64,000 nt of DNA from a virus. Taxonomy: Duplodnaviria > Caudoviricetes. This document shows, piece by piece, positions 24,391-33,347 of the stretch; position 1 is the first letter of the stretch, and each line of letters starts with the position of its first letter. Position numbers and translations under genes: made by a program. The notes beneath the pieces were generated by a model. That model did no database searches, had not been told where the DNA came from, and saw only the letters and a program-made list of their open reading frames with translations. The stretch spans positions 1,617 through 65,616 of the IMG/VR virus record IMGVR_UViG_3300032083_001406; one strand, given 5' to 3'.

Positions 24391-25816
24391 AGATAAAGAA
24401 ACAGTATTTAGTATTCTTTCTCTTGAGTTAGAAACTAATAATATTGGTTTAGCAAAAGCAAAGAAGTGGATGGCTAATATCTTTGACGTATTTGAAGAAG
24501 AGATTACTTCCGAATACGACTACTATGGTGATTTAGGAGAAGCAATGTATCAATTAAATAATAAAGATACTAGTAATAACTATACAGTTAAGGGCTTTAA
24601 GAGACTACTAGAATTAGATTGTTCTAATATGACTTCATCCTCTTTCACTACTATTAGTGGTTGCGTTCAAGAAATGAATAATGTAGAACTCAAGTGGTTT
24701 GTTAGATACTGGTTAAGAACTACTAGGAATGGCATTAAAGAAGCAACACTACAAAAGGTATTGGCTAGATTTTACAATAAGAAACTAAAGGATGTTAAAA
24801 CCCATTGTAACTTTAATAAAATTAGTGATGTGGTTTCTTTCTATGAAAGAAATGTTGAACCTCCTGTTAATCTTACTTATGGTAAATTCATCAAGCCTAT
24901 GCTTGCTAAAGAAATACCCACTAAAGATTGGCCTACTAACTTTGTTGTTGATTATAAGTATGATGGTAATAGATACCAGATTCATATTGAACAAGATAAG
25001 GTTATGATTTTTAATAGGAAAGGTAAAATAGTAACTCAACAATTTCCTGATGTAGTAGAATTAGTTCAACAATATGAAGTTAATACTGCTATCCTTGATG
25101 GAGAAATATATCCAATTAATGAAGATGATTCTCCTGCTGAACACAAACTAATGGGAACAAGAGTACATTCAAAGAATGTTCAAGAGGCTATGGAAAGAGT
25201 TAAAGTAAAGTGGGTAATCTTTGATTGCCTCATGATTAATGGTGAAACTACTATGAACATGACTTATACTGAAAGACTAGATAAGATGAAAGACTTACCT
25301 AATCAAGCACATAGAATTACAGAAGGAGACATTATGGCATTTTATAACGATGCTATTAATGAAGGCTTTGAAGGTATCATTGTCAAAGATGCTTCATTAC
25401 CCTATGAATCAAATAAGCGTAGTAAGGGTTGGGCTAAGTATAAACCACCACGAATTGATTTAGATGTTGTTATTATCTCTGCTAAATATGGAGATGGTAG
25501 AAACTCCGATAAGTTTGCTACGTTTGAAATTGCAGTTAAATCAGATAATGGATTTATGAGTATTGGTAATATTGGAAGCGGTTTTACTGATATGCAATTA
25601 GTATCATTAACTAATACTCTAAGAAAGAATGTTGAATCATTTAAGGGTGGTAAATATAGTTTCTTACCTAGAGTAGTATTAGAAATTACTGCTGACTTAG
25701 TTACTAGAGATAGTAAAGGAAACCTTTCTCTTAGGTTTCCTAGAATGAAAAGAATAAGAGAAGATAAATTCGTAAGTGATATTAATACGGATAAAGATAT
25801 GGAGAGATTAGAATGA
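24293..25816 (+). CDS. lig: ATP-dependent DNA ligase
   Basis: KPMLA, YKYDGNR, LDGEI, FDCL, EGIIVK, WAKYK, SLRFPR. Confidence 0.95.
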   Translation: MTMRQLTRMMEASEFMTPTQAVTFLSRELVNFEDKETVFSILSLELETNNIGLAKAKKWMANIFDVFEEEITSEYDYYGDLGEAMYQLNNKDTSNNYTVKGFKRLLELDCSNMTSSSFTTISGCVQEMNNVELKWFVRYWLRTTRNGIKEATLQKVLARFYNKKLKDVKTHCNFNKISDVVSFYERNVEPPVNLTYGKFIKPMLAKEIPTKDWPTNFVVDYKYDGNRYQIHIEQDKVMIFNRKGKIVTQQFPDVVELVQQYEVNTAILDGEIYPINEDDSPAEHKLMGTRVHSKNVQEAMERVKVKWVIFDCLMINGETTMNMTYTERLDKMKDLPNQAHRITEGDIMAFYNDAINEGFEGIIVKDASLPYESNKRSKGWAKYKPPRIDLDVVIISAKYGDGRNSDKFATFEIAVKSDNGFMSIGNIGSGFTDMQLVSLTNTLRKNVESFKGGKYSFLPRVVLEITADLVTRDSKGNLSLRFPRMKRIREDKFVSDINTDKDMERLE

Positions 25817-26208
25817 CATTCAGAACAGATTACATAGCAGATGCAAAAGGTAGGGTTTACAAAATTAAAGACTTAAATAGAAAGCAAGTGGGATTCTTTA
25901 TCCAAGAACAATATCATTTTGTTCAAATGGTTAGAACTAGATTAGAAAGCCTACATGAGAGACTATTTGAAATAAGACAATCAGAAGGCAGTACTAAACC
26001 AAAAACAAATACTAATCAAAAGTTAGTCAAAGAATTGAAACTTAAGAAGTATATTGCTACATTAGATTTAGGTAAAATTAAAGACGATTCAGTTGTTCGT
26101 GAAAATATTAGATTGAAAACAATTCTTTCTTTAGTAAAGAATGCAGTAAGTGAAGAAGCAGACCATTCTTTTATCTTAAACTTACTAAATCAAGGAAGTG
26201 ATGAGTAA
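25813..26208 (+). CDS. hypothetical protein
   Basis: ATGA-coupled ORF. Confidence 0.65.
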   Translation: MTFRTDYIADAKGRVYKIKDLNRKQVGFFIQEQYHFVQMVRTRLESLHERLFEIRQSEGSTKPKTNTNQKLVKELKLKKYIATLDLGKIKDDSVVRENIRLKTILSLVKNAVSEEADHSFILNLLNQGSDE

Positions 26209-26666
26209 TGTTTAAAGTAGGTGATATGGTATTAATAGATATGGTAACATATATTATTTCTAAAATAGAAAATGATGTTGCTCACTTAAAAGACATAGTT
26301 AATCCTAAAGGCAGACCTAAGCAAATGAGCGTAGAATACTTACCTTACTTTGACCAAGATGGAAAATATGTAGTTCCACAAAGAAAGAAAGTAGGAAAGT
26401 TTAATGTTTCTGGAAAGATTTCTTTGAGGGCTATGGTTAAAGAATATACTGATATGCCAGTATCTAGAGACTTTATTGGATTTCTCAAACTTTGGTTAGA
26501 AGGAGCAATAGAAGATTTAGTGGTTGGTGCGGAAGATAATGCTAATAAGAAAGAACAATCTACAATTACTGCGGCTCATTTATTTTGGTGGGAAATGCAT
26601 CCTTCTCAAACAACAGAAGGCTATTGGCCTAATCAAATCAAACACATGAGGGATATTAATGAATGA
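26208..26666 (+). CDS. SH3/KOW-like N-terminus fused to a histone-fold domain
   Basis: FKVGDMV N-terminus; LRAMVKEYTDMPVSRDF...IEDLVVGAEDNA...STITAAHL. Confidence 0.6.
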   Translation: MFKVGDMVLIDMVTYIISKIENDVAHLKDIVNPKGRPKQMSVEYLPYFDQDGKYVVPQRKKVGKFNVSGKISLRAMVKEYTDMPVSRDFIGFLKLWLEGAIEDLVVGAEDNANKKEQSTITAAHLFWWEMHPSQTTEGYWPNQIKHMRDINE

Positions 26667-27042
26667 AGATGAGTTTCTAGTTTTTCTAGAAGAGAATCAA
26701 GTAGCGACAGAATTTATCTTTAATACAGATAGAGAACTTTCTCAACAAGAAGCGACTGTATTTAGATTAGCAACACAGGCGTTCTTAACTTCTCAAGGTA
26801 TTCTTCTTTTAGATTTTCAAGCGATGGGATATATTTATCCTGCTGATTCATCACAATTTTCATTCTTTGAGAATGATGTTGTGTATGAATTAGATTATAG
26901 GTATATGTTTCATTTTATTATAGGGATAGATGCGAAGGAACATACATCAGTAATTAAAAGACTACTAGAATTAGGACTGGAAGATGTTAATGTAGAACAC
27001 AAATACATTGATTGCAAACTAATAGAACCGAGAGGTGAATAA
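26659..27042 (+). CDS. hypothetical acidic protein
   Basis: 127 aa ORF within the operon. Confidence 0.65.
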   Translation: MNEDEFLVFLEENQVATEFIFNTDRELSQQEATVFRLATQAFLTSQGILLLDFQAMGYIYPADSSQFSFFENDVVYELDYRYMFHFIIGIDAKEHTSVIKRLLELGLEDVNVEHKYIDCKLIEPRGE

Positions 27043-27441
27043 ATGTTTTCAAAGGATATGTTAATAGGTATTATGCTTAGTTCATCTAAGTTTGATTTAC
27101 ATTTGAGCAGTTGTTCTAAATCTAAGATAGGATATAGAGTTAGGTTAAGACTAAACATCAGAGGTTCGGAAGATTTCCTTTTAGCAGTAAATCGTTCTTT
27201 GCTTCAATATGAAGTAGGGAGTCTGTATAAAGCGGAAGAACATAAATCTAGACCTCGCCCTATCCTTCAAATAGGGGGTATTATTAATTTGTATAAACTA
27301 TCACTATTAATTCCAGACAATCTACCAGATTTAAGGAACGAATGGGGTAATATTAAAGAAGCAATTGATATTGTTTCTAATAAAGAGCACCTTTCCTTAG
27401 AAGGAATGGAAAGGTTATTTAAAATAAAAGGTGTAGCATAA
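27043..27441 (+). CDS. LAGLIDADG-fold protein, probably catalytically inactive
   Basis: LIGIMLSSSKF..GYRVRLRLNI...KEHLSLEGMERL; the acidic residue of the motif is missing. Confidence 0.65.
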   Translation: MFSKDMLIGIMLSSSKFDLHLSSCSKSKIGYRVRLRLNIRGSEDFLLAVNRSLLQYEVGSLYKAEEHKSRPRPILQIGGIINLYKLSLLIPDNLPDLRNEWGNIKEAIDIVSNKEHLSLEGMERLFKIKGVA

Positions 27442-28301
27442 TGGGATTAACCAACATGAAAAAGAATAGACCAATACTAATTACAGGAAAAACAGGAACG
27501 GGTAAATCTACAAAAGCAAAAACATTTGTAGATGACCCTTTAGTTTTTCATGCGAATGATATTGAAGTAAAAGATATTTTTTCAATTGATATTAATAGAG
27601 GTATCATTATAGAAGATGTTCATTACAAACCTCGTAAAGATGATATTCTTTATGTTGTTAGAAATTATAAAGGTCAAGTAGTATTGACTTCTATTAATGA
27701 AAAAAGTGTTCCTAAAGAGATAAAAAGCCTTTGTCAAATCAAAAGAGCAGGTTCTAAGAAGTTTCTTAGAGAATCTATAAAAGAACTTGCACCTAGAAGT
27801 GAGGAACCCTTTACATTTGAAAGAGATACTTATTCATTAGTAATGGATTATCTTAAATTATCTGATAGGGATTTAGTGGCTAAGTTATTGTTATATAACA
27901 AACCATCTGATACTCAAATACTTTCATGGTTATGTGAAAATATGCATCCTAACAAATTAATATTTATTGATGGCGTAGTTAAGAGAAGATGGAGTCAAAG
28001 ATACTTTTATGAAATGTTAGGTTATGTTCATAATGGTAATTCCTTTGGTAGAATAACTATGCCAAAGAGAGGAACATATTCAAAGATTCCTTATCTATCA
28101 AGAAGATTAGGAATAAAGAATTCAGATACTAGGATTCTAAAACAACTTCTTCAAGATGATGATTTTAAAAAGCACACAATGAAGAAACTAAATAATGGTG
28201 ATTGCCGAATACTGGGTCTAGGCGAAAAACCAAGAAAAAGAAAAACAGACCCTATTAGGTTAGAAATAAAAAACCTAAGCGAATACTTTAATGGTGAATA
28301 A
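27441..28301 (+). CDS. clamp loader large subunit-like AAA+ protein
   Basis: GKTGTGKST, IIIEDV; close to the RFC small subunit gene. Confidence 0.65.
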   Translation: MGLTNMKKNRPILITGKTGTGKSTKAKTFVDDPLVFHANDIEVKDIFSIDINRGIIIEDVHYKPRKDDILYVVRNYKGQVVLTSINEKSVPKEIKSLCQIKRAGSKKFLRESIKELAPRSEEPFTFERDTYSLVMDYLKLSDRDLVAKLLLYNKPSDTQILSWLCENMHPNKLIFIDGVVKRRWSQRYFYEMLGYVHNGNSFGRITMPKRGTYSKIPYLSRRLGIKNSDTRILKQLLQDDDFKKHTMKKLNNGDCRILGLGEKPRKRKTDPIRLEIKNLSEYFNGE

Positions 28302-28302
28302 T

Positions 28303-28512
28303 ATGGTAGGAATAAGTAGAGAAGAAATGATTAAAAGAAGAATAATGCCTGTATTACAAGATGGTGCAGAACTATGTTCAGCAGACATTGTTATGGTTCT
28401 AAAGAATAGTGGTATGCATTGGGTTCCTAATAGTTGGCAACTCACTAATATACTTAAAAGACTTAATCTAAGATGTAGAAAAATTAATAAATTAAATTAC
28501 TGGAGGATATAA
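28303..28512 (+). CDS. small winged-HTH-like protein
   Basis: LCSADIVMVL...PNSWQLTNILKR. Confidence 0.5.
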   Translation: MVGISREEMIKRRIMPVLQDGAELCSADIVMVLKNSGMHWVPNSWQLTNILKRLNLRCRKINKLNYWRI

Positions 28513-28514
28513 AT

Positions 28515-29426
28515 ATGTTATGGACAGAAAAATATAGACCATCTAAATTAAGTGATATTGTAGGACAAGAACACTTTATAATGGATGCAGAAACTTGGGT
28601 TGAAGGAAAAGATATGCCAAACATTCTTCTTTATGGAAGAGCAGGTTTAGGCAAAACTGCGGCAGGTTTAGCATTAGCAAAATCTATATTAGGAGATAAT
28701 GCATCTGATAACTTCTTTGAAGTAAATGCATCTGATGATAGAAGATTAGAAACAGTTAGAACTACAATCAAAGGTATCGCTCAAAGCGGTACAATTGGTG
28801 ATGTACCATTTAGAATTATATTACTTGATGAGATGGGAGGAATGACGAATGATGCTCAAAGCGCACTTAAAAGAATCATGGAAAGATATGCGAACAATGT
28901 TCGTTTTATTATTACTTGTAATGATAGAAATAGAATTATCTTTCCACTTCAAAGTAGATGTGCAAACTATCATTTTAAACCACTCTCTAATGAATCCATT
29001 TTACAGGTAATCAAGGGAATCTTAAGTAACGAAAACATTAATCGCTTTAGTGATGAAGAGTTGATACCCTTTATATATTCGATGAATGGTGATATGCGTA
29101 GAGCGATTACCGAAATTCAAGCGGCTAAATCCTCGAATATCACGCTTAGAAAACAAAGCGATATGAATTTAGAAGAATATATGAAAATAATTAATATGAT
29201 AATTAATAAAAATACAAACGTCTTATCTCAACTTCATGACATGATTTACGGTGGTAGGTCTGTTCGTGAGATATGTATGGGATTACATGATAGTATTATC
29301 AAAGCAGAAGGAATTGAGACAAATGTTAAATTTAAATTCCTTAGAACAATTGGCGAAAGCGAATACCGTTCAACCACTATGACTCCAAGAGTATTGGTTT
29401 CATGGTTAGTCGGTCAATTAATTTGA
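28515..29426 (+). CDS. rfcS: replication factor C small subunit
   Basis: LWTEKYRP, GRAGLGKT, EVNASDDR, LLDE, AQSALKR, LQSRC, GDMRRAI. Confidence 0.95.
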   Translation: MLWTEKYRPSKLSDIVGQEHFIMDAETWVEGKDMPNILLYGRAGLGKTAAGLALAKSILGDNASDNFFEVNASDDRRLETVRTTIKGIAQSGTIGDVPFRIILLDEMGGMTNDAQSALKRIMERYANNVRFIITCNDRNRIIFPLQSRCANYHFKPLSNESILQVIKGILSNENINRFSDEELIPFIYSMNGDMRRAITEIQAAKSSNITLRKQSDMNLEEYMKIINMIINKNTNVLSQLHDMIYGGRSVREICMGLHDSIIKAEGIETNVKFKFLRTIGESEYRSTTMTPRVLVSWLVGQLI

Positions 29427-29463
29427 CAAAACAAAAAAATAAAAAAAAATCGGAAGTGAAAAA

Positions 29464-30684
29464 ATGAATGATGAAATGAAAACAGAAATAGAAAAGAGCG
29501 CACAATATATTGAAATGTCGGTTGAAGATGCAACCAAGAAGTTTCAATCTATTTGTGAAGAGAATGATGTTGAAACAACAGCAGATTTGGCAAAGGGACT
29601 TTGGCGAAACTATGTTGCTCAATTTAGACGACAAAAGAAAGTAACTGCAAGTAATGGCGGTTCATCAACTGGTGGACTAGTTAAAGCGGCATTTGGTTTC
29701 TTTATATCTTTAGAAGCACCTAGAGATATGATGTCATGGAATAGAAATAAAGCAAAGGAAGAATATTTGCGAAATAACGATAAAGCCCTTGAAGAAGGAT
29801 TTGTTGCTGTTGCTACTGAAAATGCTTTGGGTAAGTGGGTTATCTCACGTTATCACAAGAATGAGTATCAAGAGAAGATTGTAAGTAATTTACCAGAAGG
29901 CGCAGAAGAATTAGAAGATGGAACTATGATTATCCCACTAGATAGTCAAGCAACATATATGTCTGGTTCAACTAATAAGAATTATGGTAAGCCTCTTCCA
30001 TTAGAACAATTCCGCCGAAGTGGATTGTTTTACGGTTCAATTGATGGTGGAGAAAAGAAATTATACAATTTCTCATATAAGAATCAACCTGCTATTGATT
30101 TCGCACCTAATTGCTTTGAATGGATTTACTTTGCTTGTATTCCTAGTGAAGATGGTTCTGCTATCTATGGAATGACTAAGACTACATTAAACAGCCTTGT
30201 GAAGCATTCTGATACTAACCCCGAAGCAGATAATTATGAAGATGTTTCAGGATTTGACTTTGAACAATGTTTAGTAGATAACTTATCTAGCCATTTGGTT
30301 CCATTGGTTGAAGTTGATAGAGCACATATTCAAAGACAAACATTACCTTCTAAGGAACGATTTATCGTTACTGATGGAACTGTTTGTAATATGAACATGA
30401 GTCCAACTTCAAATGGTAATCGAATCATTAACATTACTGACTTGAATGCTGAATTTGACTATGATGGTGATTCTAACATGACTACTTGTTGGGTTCCAAA
30501 CCATTTGGTTATTGATTTCGGCATTGGTTCTTCTATTATTGTTATTGGAAGAACATCACAAAGAATTGTTGATGGTGAAGCAGACCCAGTTACAATCAAT
30601 GTAGCAGGTCTTTATGTAGTCCAAAGAACAGGTTCTCCTGTTGAAGTGGATGAAATCGTTGAAGAAAACCTTGATTGGTTCTGA
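29464..30684 (+). CDS. RPA/SSB-like OB-fold protein
   Basis: C-terminal OB-like strands, acidic-aromatic tail EENLDWF, replisome context. Confidence 0.55.
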   Translation: MNDEMKTEIEKSAQYIEMSVEDATKKFQSICEENDVETTADLAKGLWRNYVAQFRRQKKVTASNGGSSTGGLVKAAFGFFISLEAPRDMMSWNRNKAKEEYLRNNDKALEEGFVAVATENALGKWVISRYHKNEYQEKIVSNLPEGAEELEDGTMIIPLDSQATYMSGSTNKNYGKPLPLEQFRRSGLFYGSIDGGEKKLYNFSYKNQPAIDFAPNCFEWIYFACIPSEDGSAIYGMTKTTLNSLVKHSDTNPEADNYEDVSGFDFEQCLVDNLSSHLVPLVEVDRAHIQRQTLPSKERFIVTDGTVCNMNMSPTSNGNRIINITDLNAEFDYDGDSNMTTCWVPNHLVIDFGIGSSIIVIGRTSQRIVDGEADPVTINVAGLYVVQRTGSPVEVDEIVEENLDWF

Positions 30685-30764
30685 TACGTTAGCCTTGAGC
30701 GTGTAATTGTTGGCGCATTGAATGACAATCAAATAGGTGCAAAGCCTATAAAAGAGGAATTATT

Positions 30765-31034
30765 ATGACGACAGATTTAAAAGAAGAGAGATTTCTTTTG
30801 AAAGGTGATGCCTACATTGTTGATATGGCAAATGTAGACTTCTTAACTTGGAGAAAGAATGAAAAAGAAAATGGAACTTATTGGCTTAAAATGCATTTCA
30901 ATACGAAAGAAGCGAGATACATTTGCGATAAGTTGGAATTAGCAACTATTATAATGGCATGGACAAAAATGCATGGTAAAGAATTAGATATAAATATAGA
31001 TGAATTAGGTGATAGTTATGGGACTAACAGATAA
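30765..31034 (+). CDS. hypothetical protein
   Basis: GAGG SD. Confidence 0.65.
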   Translation: MTTDLKEERFLLKGDAYIVDMANVDFLTWRKNEKENGTYWLKMHFNTKEARYICDKLELATIIMAWTKMHGKELDINIDELGDSYGTNR

Positions 31035-31827
31035 AAAGGTAGCAGATAAAAGTACAAATTTTGGTAAAAAGCAAGAACAATTTAACTCACGTTTTGCGGA
31101 GTTAATGGCAGAGAAAAGAAAGGAAAAGAAAAGTAGATTAGTTTTAGGTGTTTGGGGAATCCCTAAATGTGGTAAAACAGGTATTGCTTTGGATTTTCCA
31201 GATAGAAACATATACGTTTTAGATTGGGATAGAGGCGTTGAATCTACATGGATTGAACATCATGATGCTACTGAACGTATTCAAGTTTTTAATCCGATTG
31301 AAATGAATGATGACAATGCAATTGATATTGTTAAGTCTGAAAACAATTCACATGACTTTGTACGTTATGTTCGTGATAAGATTAGTGAAGGAGATAAACC
31401 TATCTTTGTAATGGATGGAGTAGATACATGGTTTGAAAAATGTATTTACAAAGTCAATCCTAATCCTACTGTTGTAACTAAAATGATGCCATTCCAATAT
31501 GGTGCTAGAAACAAAACTTTTTATCATCTATTGGAAGCAATCTATAACTTAGATTGTGATATTATTTATATTACTCACGAAATAGAAAAGTATGTAGATA
31601 ATACTCCAACAGGAGTACAACCCGCTTGGAAAGATTGGGGTGGTAAACTAGAACAAGAGATACATTGTTTTAGAAAGAAGGTTAAAGGAGAAATACAATA
31701 TATTGCCGAACTAATTGGTTCTAGAACTAATGGTAATATGGTTGGGACTCGTTGGGTTATCCGTGAAGGACAACCGCCTAATATCGTTTGGAACGGTATT
31801 AGTGAATTAAAGGAAGGTAAAATATAA
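31018..31827 (+). CDS. RecA-superfamily ATPase (Sak4/AAA_24-like recombinase)
   Basis: GIPKCGKT, VLDWDRG, VMDGVD, YITHE. Confidence 0.75.
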   Translation: MGLTDKKVADKSTNFGKKQEQFNSRFAELMAEKRKEKKSRLVLGVWGIPKCGKTGIALDFPDRNIYVLDWDRGVESTWIEHHDATERIQVFNPIEMNDDNAIDIVKSENNSHDFVRYVRDKISEGDKPIFVMDGVDTWFEKCIYKVNPNPTVVTKMMPFQYGARNKTFYHLLEAIYNLDCDIIYITHEIEKYVDNTPTGVQPAWKDWGGKLEQEIHCFRKKVKGEIQYIAELIGSRTNGNMVGTRWVIREGQPPNIVWNGISELKEGKI

Positions 31828-31839
31828 GGAGAAGATAAT

Positions 31840-32574
31840 ATGAAAATAGAATATAAATTAGTAGAAATTACGAAAAAAGATAAAGTAGACTTTATGCAGG
31901 GCAATAGAAGTGTGAATAAACCTATGGTAAATAAAATCATAAAAAGCATGGAAAGATGGGGAGTTCTCACTTGCATTACTGTTCTGAAAGATAAAAAGAA
32001 ATATGTTATTGTCGATGGACAACATAGATATACTGCGGCGATGGAATTAGGTTTAACTATTCCTGCAATTGTTATCCCTAAAGATAGTATGAAGGTTATT
32101 ATTGATTTGAACACAATTCAAAAGAGTTGGAGTCTAGAGAACTATGCAGACTTCTTTTGTTCAGATAAGAAGTTATCCATGCCATATGAAACTTTAAAGA
32201 CATTTAAAGAAAATTCTGGTCTAAACTATACTGCGGCAATTAGAATATGTTCTAAAGGAGGATTGCCTCAATTCAAGAAGGGTAATCTAGTATTAGATAA
32301 TATGGAGTTTGCAGATATGTTTATGTCTTATTTAAATGATATATCTGAATATGTGCCGTTTGCTAAACACGCTAGATTTATTGATGGCTATATTAGGATA
32401 GTTAAGAATGATAATTATTCTCATGCTAGAATGATTAAAAAGTTAAAACTTAACGATAGAAGGCAATCCTTCTCTATGGATGGAACTTCAAAGCCTAACT
32501 CATATGGAAAACTAATGCAAGACATCTATAATATGCAACAATCAAGAAACCTTGTTATGTTTCATAAGTGGTGA
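31840..32574 (+). CDS. ParB/Srx N-terminal domain protein
   Basis: GNRSVN, IVDGQHRYTAA, LNTIQKSW. Confidence 0.8.
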   Translation: MKIEYKLVEITKKDKVDFMQGNRSVNKPMVNKIIKSMERWGVLTCITVLKDKKKYVIVDGQHRYTAAMELGLTIPAIVIPKDSMKVIIDLNTIQKSWSLENYADFFCSDKKLSMPYETLKTFKENSGLNYTAAIRICSKGGLPQFKKGNLVLDNMEFADMFMSYLNDISEYVPFAKHARFIDGYIRIVKNDNYSHARMIKKLKLNDRRQSFSMDGTSKPNSYGKLMQDIYNMQQSRNLVMFHKW

Positions 32575-32578
32575 AAAA

Positions 32579-33346
32579 ATGAAATTCGCAGTTAATACAA
32601 AGGTAATGATAGAAGCATTGGAAAGTATTCAAGGTAAAGGAAAGTATTTGACTTCATCGGGTTTTACTAATAATTCTATGGGTCTTAATTTTCTAATGAA
32701 GTTAAGTGGTAATACACTTTCTATTTGGAATGGAGATACCACCTTTGCAATGAATATTAATCTAGAAGTAATAGGTGCAGAAGATGGCGAGTTTATTGGT
32801 AATGGTAAAACTATTGTGCCGTATCTTAAGAAATACGGAGAACTAACTTCCTTTGTTGTTGAAGATTACTTAACAGTAGGTTCAGGAACAAAGAAGGCTA
32901 GTATTGCTAGAGTTATTAATCATCCTAACATGGATGCTTTAATTAGACTACAAGGAATGTTAGCACATATTAATCATGTAGAAGAATTAACTGAACTTCC
33001 TAAGTTTGGTAAATCAGAATACGAAGGAGCATTTATACTCAATCAAAAAGTATTCTCTGATTGTATCTCTTCATGTGAATTAGCAAATCATGGTGCATTT
33101 AAATTAGATTATAACGGTGAAGTTGTAGTCTTTTCAAGTGGACTTAACATACAAAATCAATATGAAGAAACAATAACACCTTCTTCATGTTTTGGAGAAG
33201 AAGCAACATTAGAATATAGTGGGCCACTACATAAGTTCTTTAAGAATAATTCAGACATTACATTTTATGTAAAGGATGAATTCCCACTATTGCTTGTTGC
33301 TGAAGATAGGATGATAATTAAAGCACCCTTTTCGGCAGGTAATTAA
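32579..33346 (+). CDS. sliding clamp (PCNA-like)
   Basis: 255 aa two-domain beta/alpha pattern ending FPLLL; lies between clamp loader and PolB. Confidence 0.65.
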   Translation: MKFAVNTKVMIEALESIQGKGKYLTSSGFTNNSMGLNFLMKLSGNTLSIWNGDTTFAMNINLEVIGAEDGEFIGNGKTIVPYLKKYGELTSFVVEDYLTVGSGTKKASIARVINHPNMDALIRLQGMLAHINHVEELTELPKFGKSEYEGAFILNQKVFSDCISSCELANHGAFKLDYNGEVVVFSSGLNIQNQYEETITPSSCFGEEATLEYSGPLHKFFKNNSDITFYVKDEFPLLLVAEDRMIIKAPFSAGN

Positions 33347-33347
33347 A

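Noticed and set aside
30685-30764. Small hairpin ATAGG-TGCAAAG-CCTAT after the RPA-like gene
   Set aside because: A 5-bp stem only; too weak to call an RNA element without comparative data.
31575-32114. 179 aa minus-strand ORF and similar antisense ORFs (7527, 9544, 35883, 46019 etc.)
   Set aside because: Antisense shadows of well-supported genes, with no SD or motifs.
31840-32574. ParB-like gene as part of a PRTRC-type cassette with ThiF/JAB, or a partition system
   Set aside because: It lies 11 kb from the Ubl enzymes, inside the replisome operon, and no ParA or parS array is seen.
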